The notes: generated by a model from the sequence alone, not told the origin. Shown: positions 24,916-37,609, counted from the stretch's first letter. The stretch: 64,000 nucleotides of DNA from Eledone cirrhosa (GCA_964016885.1 OZ024740.1:361398001-361462000), one strand, 5' to 3'. Program-made: numbers and translations.

Positions 24916-26812
24916 GTTCTGGGTGTCGGCGTGTCCGGTGGCTGTGAGGGAGCCTCTCATGCAATCAGCCAGTTCTTCAGCAGCTGCCCATCGGTACCGG
25001 CATCCAGGGACTCCAGGCACCTCATTGTCAAGCTTGACATGAGGAATACCTTTAACTCTTTACGCCGGGATCATCTGCTCGAGGCCTGCCTCAGCCGAGC
25101 CCCCTCTGCCTACCTGTTATATGGAGCCCCGAGCATGCTCCTAGCTGCTGATACGGTCATACCCTCGGCTACTGGGGTCCAACAGGGCGACCCTTTGGGA
25201 CCCCTCCTGTTCGCCCTTGGTATTGATCACATCGCCCGGAGTATCACGGCCCCTCTCAACGTTTGGTATCTGGATGATGCTACGTTGGGCGGGCCCGTAC
25301 GGACGGTCTGCCAAGACCTTCAATCGGTGATTCCTGCCCTGGCGGGAATCGGCCTCCAGGTCAACTCGGCCAAGTCGGAGGTGGTGAACGTCAGCCTCGA
25401 TGCTGCGAGCTTTGCAGCCTCCGTCTTGGACGTGCGGTCCATTCTCCGGCAGGTTCAGGTAACCCCCAAAGAGGATGTCCTCATCCTCGGGTCACCGATC
25501 CACCCGCCGGCCATCCGCTCCACCATCAGATCCAGGCTTCAACAGCTCCAGACTCTCACGAGCCGACTGGGCTTGATTGACGGCCACCCAGCTCTCTTTC
25601 TGCTGAGGAACTGCTCCGCCATGCTGAAGCTCCTCTATACACTCCGCAGCGCTCCATGCTACACCCAGACATCTCTCCTCGCTGACCTCGATACTTGTAT
25701 CCGAGCAGCAGCCGAGGGGATATGCAACGTCAAGTTTGACGACATAGGGTGGCAACAGGCCACTTTACCGGTCAGGTATGGCGGACTAGGCCTCCGATCC
25801 CCGATCTCACTAGCTTTGCCGGCGTATCTTTCGTCGGTAACCTCGTGCCGCGTCCTCGTCAGCAGGGTTCTTCAAAACACAACAGAACCCTCTGTGTTCA
25901 GAGAACGTGAGGCCGCCTGTGAGACGTGGGACCGGCTGGGACTTAGCCCAGTAGACGTCCCTCCTCCTCCTTCCCCTGTTGACGTCAAGTCCCCCCAACG
26001 CACTTGGGATACCATCCAGTGCAGCCTGGCCTCAGACAGGCTCACGTGCCAGCTCGACCAGCACCGCTTTGCTTGTTTTCATGCGGCCTCCAAACCCCAC
26101 AGTGGTGCCTGGCTCCATGCTCTGCCCTCCTTCTCCACTGGTACGCAGCTAGACAACCATAGCCTGCGAATCGGCGTTTCCCTGAGGCTCGGCCTCCGGA
26201 TCTGCCAGCCACACCAATGTCGCTGCGGTTCCACCGTGGACTCTTTCGGCCTCCACCCGCTTTCCTGCCGCCACAGTGCCGGCCGCATTCCACGCCATAC
26301 TGCCCTCAACGAGGTAATTAAGCATGGCCTGGACGCTGCAGGATTCCCTTCGAAGCTCGAGCCGGTGGGGCTGGATCGAGGGGACGGCAAAAGGCCAGAT
26401 GGCATGACCATCTTCCCGTTCCGCGGTGGCAAACCCCTCGTCTGGGATGCCACATGCACCGACACTCTCTGCAGCCGCAACCTGGTGCAGTCTGCGACTG
26501 ACCCAGGTTCTGCTGCAGGTCGGGATGAGGCGACCCAAACTCCTCAAATACCGGTCGCTCTCCGACAGGTTTGCGGTCGTTCCCCTGGCAGTGGAAACTT
26601 CTGGTGTCCTCGGCCCCAGGGCTACCTCCTTACTCACCACCATAGGCGCTGAGCTGGCCAGCCGCAGGTGTGAGCCCCGTGAGCTGGAGTGGCTTTTCCA
26701 ACGCGTCTCCCTTGCCGTCCTCCGGGGAAACGCCTTCTACATTCTGTCCGCCGTGGCTGTGGGTGGGCCCCATCGCGTACCAATACATTAGTTGAATACC
26801 ATTCTTTCATCG
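24916..26812 (+). mobile_element. CRE-clade non-LTR retrotransposon (RT, CCHC, RLE), 5'-truncated, frameshift near 26537
   Basis: KLDMRNTFNS, GVQQGDPLGPLLF, WYLDD, LPVRYGGLG, CRC..H..SC, RH, KRPDG..WD, then +1 frame KLLKY..PLAVETSG. Confidence 0.92.
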
Positions 26813-27516
26813 TAACAACTAATATCCACATTAATGACGTAGCTTTCATATAGATTACATCATACATATATAAAGCTTTCATCACAATTCTAGACCATGT
26901 AATGTACTGGGTAATTGCTGGCCTTGTGCCTAAAGTAGAAACAATTATATTAAATTAGTTTAAAAAAAAGAGTTAAATAAATAAAACGTTATACTTGTTT
27001 TACCCTCCCATTTCCACTTCACCGAACGCTATCATGACTATGTGTGTGTGATTGTGTAAATGTATTGTGTGAATGTATGTATGCTTGTGTGAAAGTATGT
27101 GTGAATGTATGTTTGTGTAAATGTATGTATATTTGTGTGAAAGTATGTATATTTGTGTGAATGTATGTGTATTTGTGTGAATTATGTCCGTGAGGGTGTA
27201 TTTTTATAAGTTTGTGTTTGTGCGATTATAGTTATGTACGCATAATAGTTATATACTCATACATATAGATGTATGTATGTGCACACTCATACGCGTCAGC
27301 GTGTAGAAAATCATAAACTCTCTATCTCTCTCATCACAAACTCTCTCTTTCTATATATATGGTTGTTGAAGTGGTGGTGATGGCGACGATATACCGGAAG
27401 TGCAACTTTGAAAATAAGTCAATTTGAAATTCTTTATTTTTACGAAATTATTTTTGTTTACGAAGTTTAGTACATAAATTATGTAATATTCATTCATTAT
27501 TTATTCAAATAATTAA

Positions 27517-27712
27517 AAGGGCGGTGGATTGGCAGGATCGGTAGGGGGTCGGACGCCATGCTTTGACGTATAGAGTTACGGCCCTTGCCATTCTGAGTTC
27601 AAATCCCGCCGAGGTTAACTTTGCCTTTCATCCTTACGGGGTCGATAAAATAAAGTACCAGTAATACACTGGGATAATTGCTGGCCTTGTGCCAAAAGTA
27701 GAAATAATTATT
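27517..27712 (+). mobile_element. Full-length tRNA-derived SINE family B
   Basis: A-box tggcaggatcgg, B-box gagttcaaatccc, gcctttcatcct..ggggtcgataaaataaagtaccag, tail gtagaaataatta. Confidence 0.85.
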
Positions 27713-27800
27713 TATTCAAAGTAATCCAACTTATTTTACTAACTGGATTAAAAGAAATAAACCATACGCAGTCCCGCAGACCTTCCTTTATTATAGTTTA

Positions 27801-27833
<33 letters not shown>

Positions 27834-27906
27834 GAGCGGAACAAGTAAACATTAAACAATCTTTTAAATAAATTAAAATACGATTTAAATATTTACCTCT
27901 TCTAGT

Positions 27907-27986
27907 GCCATGACCGACGATTTCGCTAATCAAAAGATTGGAAATTCAGAGAATTTCCAATGGAAAGATATAGCTCTTCAGATAGC
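27907..27986 (-). ncRNA. Type I hammerhead ribozyme with long stem II and a GUC site
   Basis: gctat-CTGAAGA-gcta..ttggaaattc-tct-gaatttccaa..tagc-GAAA-tcgtcgg-TC-atggc, within a 170-bp unit (27832-28001) next to (TA)n. Confidence 0.75.
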
Positions 27987-28530
27987 TTTTCCAAACCTAC
28001 TAGATATAAATCCACGTAGATGTGGATGTGTCGCTTTCTGCCCGGTGAATGAATCAAGCCGTTAAAATGACCACCACACAAATGGGCCGTTACAAAGAAC
28101 AGGAATAATAGACTATTTGATATTTCATGTTACTAGAAATAGCAGCTTGATACAACATTTTTTTCTCAACATTAAGGAGAATTCAGATAAATGATATAGA
28201 TAATCCAGTAGGTACTAAGTACCCACGGAAATAGGCACTACAACTGAATTGGCTGTCAGAAGTGAAATAGATTAATGTGACGTCAATCTGACGTCATTCG
28301 TCAACCTTCTCAATCGTCAACCTTCGTTTATTTCCGTATCACCACCACCACCATGTGTAAATAAATAAACTTTGAAATCACCACATTGATGCAAAACTTG
28401 GTTTTTCACTTTGGGATAATACACGTATTTTTAACTTAAAAAATATGAATTCTACATTTTACCCCAGCGTAAATGGAATTAATCATCGCGATATTTCCAT
28501 CGCTACCGCTACTACAGCAGATACCATTAA

Positions 28531-28788
28531 TTGGTTGAAAAAACATGGACTTCTGAATACTGGAAAGGTCTGTTAGATGGAATTATCTGGTCATGTGGAA
28601 GGCCATGTAGAAAAATGGTGTCGATTAGAAAAGGCACATTTCTAGAAAATAGTAAATTGAAGTGTGAACAAATAATTGACATATTGTATTTTTGGGCAAA
28701 AGAAGATTTAGCCAAGGGGATTTCACAGGAATCTCGTATCGCGAATGTAGCCGTAGCAGATTGGCGAAAGTTTTGCCGTGATATTTAA
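28531..28788 (+). pseudogene. Merlin/ISXO2-like transposase N-terminal fragment
   Basis: DGIIWSC..PC...SIRKGTFLENSKL...YFWA...VADWRKFCRD; DDE core not found. Confidence 0.75.
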
Positions 28789-29389
28789 GTTAACTCCACT
28801 TACATCGATATGCTTTTGCTTACACGTTAATTACAATTGTAACAGCTAGTGTAGTTTTTAATGCACATGTTAAATAAGATTGTATATTATCGTTTTGTTT
28901 TAATTGTACCATAACTCTGGAAAATTACGTGGTTATTTGGTACTCATTGGACATCAATACGAGAAGCAGTTATAATTATTAAACTACGGATGTTGAATTT
29001 ATTTTCTTAATCCTGTATGTTATTAAAAGGTTCCCGAGTAGTACAGTAAATTAAAGCCTTAACGAACGGAACTATGCAATGAAAGTATTTTTAATAAGTG
29101 TATCTCATCGTAAACGTATCTCTTAGAAATTCATAAATGGCTGTGTAAACCCTTACACTTTAAAACAAAATTACAAACCAATTATGTGGTCATTGAAGTT
29201 GCTAGAAATAGCAGGCAAATCTTATACCCTCTATCACATTAAAAAAAGAAAGAACGAAAACGGGAGTAACTCGTTAATATTTATTGAAATATTCGAAGCG
29301 TTACTGCTTCGGACGTGATAAAAAGTAAATTATATAGAGAATTTTTAATATTTCGAAAGCACAAGCAATCGTCAAGGACTTTATATACT

Positions 29390-29886
29390 TGTAGCGACGT
29401 GGTTAGTCAGTCTGGTCACTACTTCCGATCAGATCCGAGAATAGCCCTTAGAAGGACTGTTATCGCATACGGTCTGATCAGATCTGAAGATAGCCCTTAA
29501 AAGGACTGTTGTCGCATATAGCCCTTAAAAGAACTGTTGAGGATGGACAGACGAAAGCACAAGTTGAAAGGACGAAGCAAGGCGAGATGTAAATTCGATC
29601 AGCTATTTATTTTCACATAAAGCGACGATACGAGGTACAAGGCGTGTGAATGACAAAGCGTGGCAGAGGCGAGGGACAACGATACGCGAAGTTGACTCTG
29701 CCAAATGTCGACTGGCGAAGTGTTTGGAACCACTCTATTTATACAGAAATAATCGTTTGATGTTTAGCCGCTGTGTAGGCGTTTATTCTGGTAGTTTCTA
29801 AGGGCTGTTTGTTTCACGGTGAGGTAGCTAGCTAACAGGTAGATGGCGCTGTATATTTCACAGATGTTATTTCTGGTGGCTGTACA
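29390..29886 (-). repeat. 3' LTR (497 bp)
   Basis: tgtagcgacg...gctgtaca; about 13 differences from the other LTR by eye; internal 3x atagcccttaraagractgtt repeat. Confidence 0.95.
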
Positions 29887-30817
29887 TTAGTCCCCTGTCA
29901 GATCTTTTGTACAACAACAGGGCGAAATATCGTATAGTAATGGGCCAGTGGTGCATTTGTCATGACAATAGCCCCAGGAGTGTCCAGCACGTTGTGAAAT
30001 TTTGTGATCATCGAGTACAGGACAGAGTCGATGTAGAGATGATATGGCAAGATGTGTGTGTCAGGAAGAGAAAAAGAAATAAACTATAAAATGACTTTGA
30101 CCAGATTTATGCAGGCATGATGAATGAGCCTGTTGCAATTTGGGTTGAGCTGCCTGTGAATTGCGTGACAAAAAGTCTAACTGGGCAGTGAAGATAACCG
30201 TAATGTGTGAACTGAATGGTCGTAAGCATGCTGCCTAAAAGTAACAGTTTGCTCCACAGCATATGACTTGAGCGAATGCATGTGGTAAAAATATAGCGAG
30301 GCATTCTCGAGCTATTGAGTGAATGTGTACGTGAAAAAAGAAGGCCAGTGTTTTGAGGATGTGATTTGTGAAATGCGTGATCAAAGAGAAAACATTTTGT
30401 AGTGTAAGAGTTAGAGGGACACAAATATCTATTGCTCCGTGTATGAACTAAAAGGTGAAACAAACGTGGTTTTGTAGTGTGCATGAAAAACAGAATATGT
30501 ACACGCCTTGTATGTATATAAAAATTATGGCAATTACACAATCAATGTTACAGAACAAGAACAATAAAACATTTTGCAAAACAAGAGAGAGAAGAAAAAA
30601 AATGTTATACACAATGATATACACAATGTTTGTTCTTAAATAGTGTTTGTAATAAATAATGTTCATAATAAATAATGTTCTTCGTGACATGAGCACATAG
30701 TCACTAAAAATTGCAATTGTTCAAGCAGAAAGTTCATTGTATTTGAAACTGGAAATAGTAAACACAAGAAAAATGGAAATGTTTTGCACGAAGAATGATT
30801 AAGAAACTCACTTGAGG

Positions 30818-32266
30818 TTAACGGTAATTAACATATTGTGCCAACTTGGCGGGCCAATGGACGTGTCGTCCACTTCTCGTGACTGGAGATGAAACAGGTG
30901 GCTCGCTGGGACAGCAATCTGTTGGAGTTTCTGGTGTAGAGACTGTAACAGTATCCATGATGGCTTTTTTTAATCTGTCCACGCTGACAGAATTCTGTTT
31001 ACCATCTAGATCGAGAATAAAATATTTCGGATAATTTTTTAGAACACGATAAGGGCCAGAATATGGAGGTCGAAGATGAGCTGAGATGGTGTCGTTTCGA
31101 ACGAAAACGTGTGTCCAATCTTTAATGTCTGAAGGTACGTGTGTGGCCGTTTTCTGTTGACGGGTGCTTGCAGGAGCAAGGTGAGACATATATTGTCGAA
31201 GACGGCGTACGTATGATCCTGGGTCTGGAACATCCTGAGGAGAGATGGGAGCAACCATCTGACCAGGTAGAACCAGGGTGGTGCCGTACACTAATTCTGC
31301 AGGTGTGTGTCCGAATTCCTCCTTAACGGTGGATCGAATGCCCAGAAGGATGAGTGGTAGGTATTCAAACCATTGGGTCTTGTCTGGATATGCTTTTATT
31401 GCAGCTTTCAATTGGCGATGGAATCTTTCCACGAGACCATTAGCTTGCAGGTGATAAGCTGTCGTGCGGATGTGTTTACATCCTAACAGGCGAGTCAGTT
31501 CCCTGAAGAGGTGGGAGTCAAATTGGCGTCCTCTGTCCGTTGTTATCTTCGCTGGGGCGCCATAACGTGATACCCAGTATAAAACCAAAGTTTTAGCGAC
31601 TGTTTCCGCTGAGATATCATTTATGGGAAAAGCCTCAGGCCAACGAGAAAATCGATCTATGCAGGTGAGCAAGTGTGTGTAGTTCTGTGATGGTGGTAGA
31701 GGTCCGACGATGTCGATATGCACATAATGAAAACGTGCATCAGGTTGCGCGAATGTGCCGAGTGGAGTTTTGATGTGTCTGTGGACTTTGGCTTTCTGGC
31801 AGGCAATGCATCTCCTGGACCAGTCGCGCACATCCTTGTTAATGTTAGTCCACACAAAACGAGCAGAGATGAGTTTCTGTGTAGCCCGGATTCCCGGGTG
31901 AAACAAGCAGTGTAAAGTAGAAAAAACTTGTCGACTATGCATCTGTGGTACGTACGGTCGTTCATGACCGGTAGAAAAGTCGCACCAAATTTGTCCTGGA
32001 GAAGAAGGAATGGGAACTTGCTGAAACTTGACGGATAGCGAATCTCGGAGCTTGATAAACTCTTCGTCAGTCTCTTTGTCAGCTGCAATCTGTTGAAGGT
32101 CGATGCCTGAATGCACATGTATTGCGTTCAGCTGGATTCGGGACAGGGCGTCGGCTGCTACGTTGTCTGTTCCCTTGATATGCCGAATATGTTGAATATT
32201 GGGAGACAAAATCCAGGTGTCGGAGTTCTCTCGGTGAATGTCGATCAGGTTTGGTACGGAACGCAT
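30818..32266 (-). pseudogene. Gypsy integrase region
   Basis: [15 protein letters not shown] zinc finger, [27 protein letters not shown]. Confidence 0.93.
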
Positions 32267-32543
32267 AAACTAGTGGTTTATGGTCCGTGTAGATCACGAA
32301 ATCTGATCCTTCGAGCATGTGCCGAAAATGCTTAACCGAAAGATAGGTTGCCAAGAGTTCGCGGCCAAAGGTACTGTATTTCGTTTCTGCAGGTTGCAAC
32401 CGCTTAGAAAAGAAGGATAAGGGTTGCCACACGCCGTCGACATGTTGTAAAACGCCTCCAACCCCCGTGTCTGATGCGTCCACTAGCAGCGAAAGAGGAG
32501 CGCCAGACCTGGGGAAAACGAGCATGGAAGCGTTTGCCAACAT
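32079..32543 (-). pseudogene. Gypsy RNase H
   Basis: VDASDTGVGGVL, YSTFGRELLA, YTDHKPL. Confidence 0.92.
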
Positions 32544-32556
32544 TACCTTCAGGCAT

Positions 32557-33180
32557 TTAAAAGATGTTAATTCTTCCTCGTTTAGAGTGATCTCTTCGTT
32601 TACGAAGAAGGTCCGTGAGGAGTCTGGCTGCGTCGGAACAATGAGGGATAAAACGCCTATAAAAATTCACCAGATCGAAGAATTCACGCAGTTTCCGAAG
32701 TGATGTAGGTGCGGGAAAACTGCGGATAGCTTCTACTTTCTCGGGAAGTGGACGAATGTCTTTATCGATGATGTGCCCGAGAAAGGACAGTGAAGGAACG
32801 CCGAGAAGGCACTTGCTGGGGTTGATGATGATACCGTACTCAGCCATACGTTGGAAAAGGAGATCTAAGTGCTTCTCGTGTTCATGCTCGGAAGTACTTG
32901 CTACCAGCACGTCGTCAATATACGCGTATACGAAGGGTAGATCGCGTAACACGGTGTCAATAAACCGCTGAAAAGTTTGTGCAGAGTTGCGCAGACCGAA
33001 CGGCATTCGCAGGAATTCGAATAAACCGAACGGCGTCGTGATTGCGGTCTTCGTAATATCTGCAGGCTCCATAGGTATCTGGTTGTAAGCACGCACCAAA
33101 TCTATCTTGGAAAAGATGCGTGTGCCTTGCAGAGAGGCAGAAAAATCGTGCAGGTGAAGTACAGGGTAATTATCAGGCAC
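32557..33180 (-). pseudogene. Gypsy reverse transcriptase
   Basis: [31 protein letters not shown]. Confidence 0.94.
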
Positions 33181-33223
33181 TGTAGAATTGTTAAGTGCAC
33201 GATAATCCCCACATGGTCGTCAA

Positions 33224-34066
33224 TCATTCTCGTTTTTTTTTAGGAACAAGGTGTAGGGGTGCAGACCAGTTGCTGGAGGAAGGGCGAATGATTCCGAGGT
33301 CCAGCATGTGTTGGAACTCCTGCTTGGCGATTCTCAATCGGTCTGGAGGCAGTCTCCTTGGTCGGGCAGCTGTGGGTGGTCCCCTTGTCTCGATGTGGTG
33401 CGTGACACTATGCTTAATGGGACCATCCTTAAATACCGGGCGAGTGATGTCTGGGTATTTCTGGAGAATGCCGTTGTACCGCGAAGGCTCTGACTGGCAA
33501 ATTACAGGGCTCACTGTGGATTGCGTGGTAAATATACCTCTCACAGTGAGGTTTGTGGTGGTGTCGATAAGCCTCCGGTTCTTCATATCCACCAGAAGGT
33601 TGAAGTGGTGGAGAAAATCGGCTCCTAGGATAGGGATCGGCAGGTCTGCCACGACGAACACCCATCGATAACGCCGCCTCAAGCCTAAATTGAAAGTCGA
33701 AATTGACGATCGGTTCACTGCCTGCAGAAAGGACGGGGTTGGGTGTCTTTTGCCCGAGATTAGTGAAACAGGAATAACACTAACCTGGGCTCCTGTATCC
33801 ACGAGGTAACGGATGCCTGTCGCCTGGTCGTTAATAAAAAATAGACGATTTTTCTTTTCAGTACCAGGGGTGAACGTCGTCGCTAGGCCCTGGGTGGTAT
33901 TCCGGAAAGAGCACGGGGCTTTGCACTTAGATGCCTGTGCGCCGAAATTTGTGTGATACCAGCAGAGGTTGCCAGGCACACGATTTTGACTGGGACTACT
34001 GGATCTTCGACTATGAAAAGGCCTGGATCGATTGTTGCTGCGTCGCCGGTGTGTTTGAAGGGTCAA
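33224..34066 (-). pseudogene. Gag C-terminus (CHCC) plus aspartic protease
   Basis: CWYHTNFGAQASKCKAPC; YLVDTGAQVS; ILGADF. Confidence 0.92.
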
Positions 34067-34192
34067 GTTCTCTACTTGATTCGAGAGGGCTTTAATTTGA
34101 CCAGCCGCTCTCTGATCATAACCCGCAGCTCTGAAATCTCGGTCTCTGTCGTTTATGACATGTCCATGTTGGTATCTTCTTAGGTGCTGTCT

Positions 34193-34223
34193 GGTTGCGC
34201 GTTCGACTCACGTCGAGTCACCA
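34193..34223 (-). other. Primer-binding site complementary to the tRNA-Trp 3' end
   Basis: TGGTGACTCGACGTGAGTCGAACGCGCAACC, 2 nt inside the 5' LTR boundary. Confidence 0.8.
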
Positions 34224-34225
34224 AT

Positions 34226-34721
34226 TGTAGCGACGTGGTTAGTCAGTCTGGTCACTACTTCCGATCAGATCCGAGAATAGCCCTTAGAAAGACTGTTATC
34301 GCATACGGTCTGATCAGATTTGAAGATAGCCCTTAAAAGGACCGTTGTCGCATATAGCCCTTAAAAGAACTGTTGAGGATGGACAGACGAAAGCACAAGT
34401 TGAAAGGACGAAGCAAGGCGAGATGTAAATTCGATCAGCTATTTATTTTCACATGAAGCGACGATACGAGGTACAAGGCGTGTGAGTGACAAAGCGTGGC
34501 AGAGGCGAGGGACAACGATACGCGAGTTGACTCTGCCAAATGTTGACTGGCGAAGTGTTTGGAACCACTCTATTTATACAGAAATAATCGTTTGATGTTT
34601 AGCCGCTGTGTAGGCGTTTATTCTGTTAGTTTCTAAGAGCTGTTTGTTTCACGGTGAAGTAGCTAGCTAACAGGTAGATGGAGCTGTATATTTCACAGAT
34701 GTTATTTCCGGTGGTTGTACA
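34226..34721 (-). repeat. 5' LTR (496 bp)
   Basis: Direct repeat of 29390-29886. Confidence 0.95.
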
Positions 34722-35230
34722 TACTAATTCCTTTCTTTCTGTGTTCATGGCAGCTGGCAGCTGAGTATCAACCATCCATAAATAATTTTTACCCGCTAAG
34801 AATCTCAATGGGGAAAATTTTCTTCAATTTCTGCCAGTATTACAAAACAAGGTTATCTTGTAGTTACCCGCGTTAAATTGTATTTTTTTAAAGAAAGTCG
34901 GTAGTGTCGGCCCTATGAACTTCATTTGTTTTCTCATTTGATAACTATGACTATGAAATAAAACACGTGGTGATATGGAAACAAATCGATTACGCTAAAC
35001 GTAAATAAACTTAAATAAGTTGCAAATACGTGTATTATCCCAAAGTGAAAAACCAAGTTTTGCATCAACGTGGTGATTTCGATTTCAAAGTTTATTTATT
35101 TACACATGGTGGTGGTGGTGATACGGAAATAAACGAAGGTTGACAATTGAGAAGGTTGACGAATGACGTCAGATTGACGTCACATTCTTTTACTTTCACT
35201 TTTGTAGTGCCCGGAAATATATATGGTGTC

Positions 35231-36456
35231 TACGGCCACCCAGCTCTCTTTCTCCCGAGGAACTGCTTCGCCATGCCGAAGCTCCTCTATACACTCCGCA
35301 GCGCTCCATGCTACACCCAGACATCTCTCCTCGCTGACTTCGATACTTGTATCCGAGCAGCAGCCGAGGGGATATGCAACGTCAAGTTTGACGACATAGG
35401 GTGGCAACAGGCCACTTTACCGGTCAGGTATGGCGGACTAGGCCTCCGATCCCCGATCCCACTAGCTTTGCCGGCGTATCTTTCGTCGGTAACCTCGTGC
35501 CGCGTCCTCGTCAGCAGGGTTCTTCAAAACACAACAGAACCCTCTGTGTTCAGAGAACGTGAGGCCGCCTGTGAAACGTGGGACCGGCTGGGACTTAGCC
35601 CAGTAGACGTCCCTCCTCCTTCTTCCCCTGTTGACGTCAAGTCCCCACAACGCACTTGGGATGCCATCCAGTGCAGCCTGACCTCAGACAGGCTCACGCG
35701 CCAGCTCGACCAGCACCGCTTTGCTTGTTTTCATGCGGCCTCCAAACCCCACAGTGGTGCCTGGCTCCATGCTCTGCCTTCCTTCTCCACTGGTACGCAG
35801 CTAGACAACCATAGCCTGCGAATCGGCGTTTCCCTGAGGCTCGGCCTCCGGATCTGCCAGCCACACCAATGTCGCTGCGGTTCCACCGTGGACTCTTTCG
35901 GCCTCCACCCGCTTTCCTGCCGCCACAGTGCATTCCACGCCATACTGCCCTCAACGAGGTCATTAAGCATGGCCTGGACGCTGCAGGATTCCCTTCGAAG
36001 CTCGAGCCGGTGGGGCTGGATCGAGGGGACGGCAAAATGCCAGATGGCATGACCATCTTCCCATTCCGCGGTGGCAAACCCCTCGTCTGGGATGCCACTT
36101 GCACCGACACTCTCTGCAGCCGCAACCTGGTGCAGTCTGCGACTGACCCAGGTTCTGCTGCAGGTCGGGATGAGGCGACCCAAACTCCTCAAATACCGGT
36201 CGCTCTCCGACAGGTTTGCGGTCGTTCCCCTGGCAGTGGAAACTTCTGGTGTCCTCGGCCCCAGGGCTACCTCCTTACTCACCACCATAGGCGCTGAGCT
36301 GGCCAGCCGCAGGTGTGAGCCCCGTGAGCTGGAGTGGCTTTTCCAACGCGTCTCCCTTGCCGTCCTCCGGGGAAACGCCTTCTACATTCTGTCCGCCGTG
36401 GCTGTGGGTGGGCCCCATCGCGTACCATTACATTAGTTGAATACCATTCTTTCATC
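35231..36456 (+). mobile_element. CRE-clade element, near-identical partial copy of 25581-26812
   Basis: ORFs 35147-36052, 35869-36297 and 36071-36436; same C-terminal frameshift plus a 5-nt deletion near 35930. Confidence 0.92.
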
Positions 36457-36609
36457 TCATACAAACTAAAGATAAACTTACATAGTGGTTGTTCTATGGT
36501 ACTAATTTGAGATACCGATACCAGAACTGTAAATATGAGCGGAACAAGTAAACATTAAACAATCTTTTAAATAAATTAAAATACGATTTAAATATTTACC
36601 TCTTCTAGT

Positions 36610-36689
36610 GCCATGGCCGAGGGTTTCGCTAATCAAAAGATTGGAAATTCAGAGAATTTCCAATCGAAAGATATAGCTCTTCAGATAGC
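36610..36689 (-). ncRNA. Hammerhead copy with mutated cleavage triplet (GCC)
   Basis: Copy of 27907-27986 within 36532-36702; GAAA-ccctcgg-CC-atggc. Confidence 0.6.
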
Positions 36690-36699
36690 TTTTCCAAAC

Positions 36700-36785
<86 letters not shown>

Positions 36786-36791
<6 letters not shown>

Positions 36792-37421
36792 GAGAAGAAA
36801 GAAGAATACTGCGTGGTTGCACATGGGTTACATATAATAAAAATAGTCCTTCGTCAGTGATTTTCCAACCATCATTGGTATTTCATCGCATTAAAAATCA
36901 TTTACCTCAGGTTGGTGCGAGCAATAACTAAAAAAAGTTATTGGGACCAGTAAATCGCGTAAAGCGAGGGAGACAAGTGAACAACATAGAAGGATAAAAG
37001 CAAAACAAAGAAAGGAAAAAACAAGCAACATGGTAGTCCTGGTCAGCATAAGCTGGGTGGATTTCATGAGCGAAAGGTACAGACGTCCGACGTGAGTAAG
37101 ATGTAAGCAAAAAGAGACCCACCGTAAGCCAAATGGGAGGAAGTGAGAAGGGGAGAAACAGAGAGTGAGTGAGTGGAAGTGCGAGGAAGCGGTCAGTCGA
37201 GAGAAAGTGTAACTGACAGAGGGGGCGAAAGAAGGTGAGAGAAACAGAGAGAACGAGGAAGCAGTAAGAGAGAAACAGACAAACGCAGCCGAGGTAAATA
37301 TATATAAAAAACATGAGAAGAAAGAAGAATACTGCGTGGTTGCACATGGGTTACATATGATAAAAATAGTCCTTCGTCAGTGATTTTCCAACCATCATTG
37401 GTATTTCATCGCATTAAAAAT
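36786..37421 (-). repeat. ~523-bp non-coding unit with 113-bp terminal redundancy, ending in (TA)n
   Basis: 36786-36898 repeated at 37309-37421; homologous to 52611-53159. Confidence 0.85.
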
Positions 37422-37609
37422 AAGCAATGAGTTATTTAATTTGATGATTTTTCAACAAATTTAATTTGTAACAGATTAGAAGCACTCAACAAATTTCTTC
37501 TGGAGTATAATATCAATAATATTAATACATTGAATGAGTTCTATTCAAATAGAACTCACAACATTAAGTTCTTGTCTGAATATGTCACTATCTGTAAACC
37601 AATTTTTGT

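Larger units (their letters stand above)
29390..34721 (-). mobile_element. Ty3/Gypsy LTR retrotransposon, CsRn1 lineage, two LTRs, gag partly deleted
   Basis: TG..CA LTRs, 4-bp TSD tact (29386-29389, 34722-34725), tRNA-Trp-like PBS, PPT-like aggggactaa, CHCC gag motif, PR-RT-RH-IN order. Confidence 0.96.
28234..35211 (+). mobile_element. Merlin (IS1016/ISXO2-like) DNA transposon, defective, with a nested LTR element
   Basis: TIRs ggcactacaa.../...ttgtagtgcc extending ~190 bp (28234-28430, 35024-35211); 8-bp TSD cggaaata at 28226-28233 and 35212-35219. Confidence 0.88.

Noticed and set aside
26530-26545. CCCAAAC at the frameshift shared by both CRE copies as a programmed slippery site
   Set aside because: Heptamer is out of phase for -1 slippage, the needed shift is +1, and the second CRE family (24540) reads through without a shift.
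25141-26643. Long antisense ORFs over CRE, RTE and Gypsy coding regions
   Set aside because: Shadow frames of GC-rich or codon-biased coding sequence with no independent motifs.
27517-27612. tRNA gene
   Set aside because: A and B boxes are present but there is no cloverleaf, and it continues into a multi-copy SINE body.
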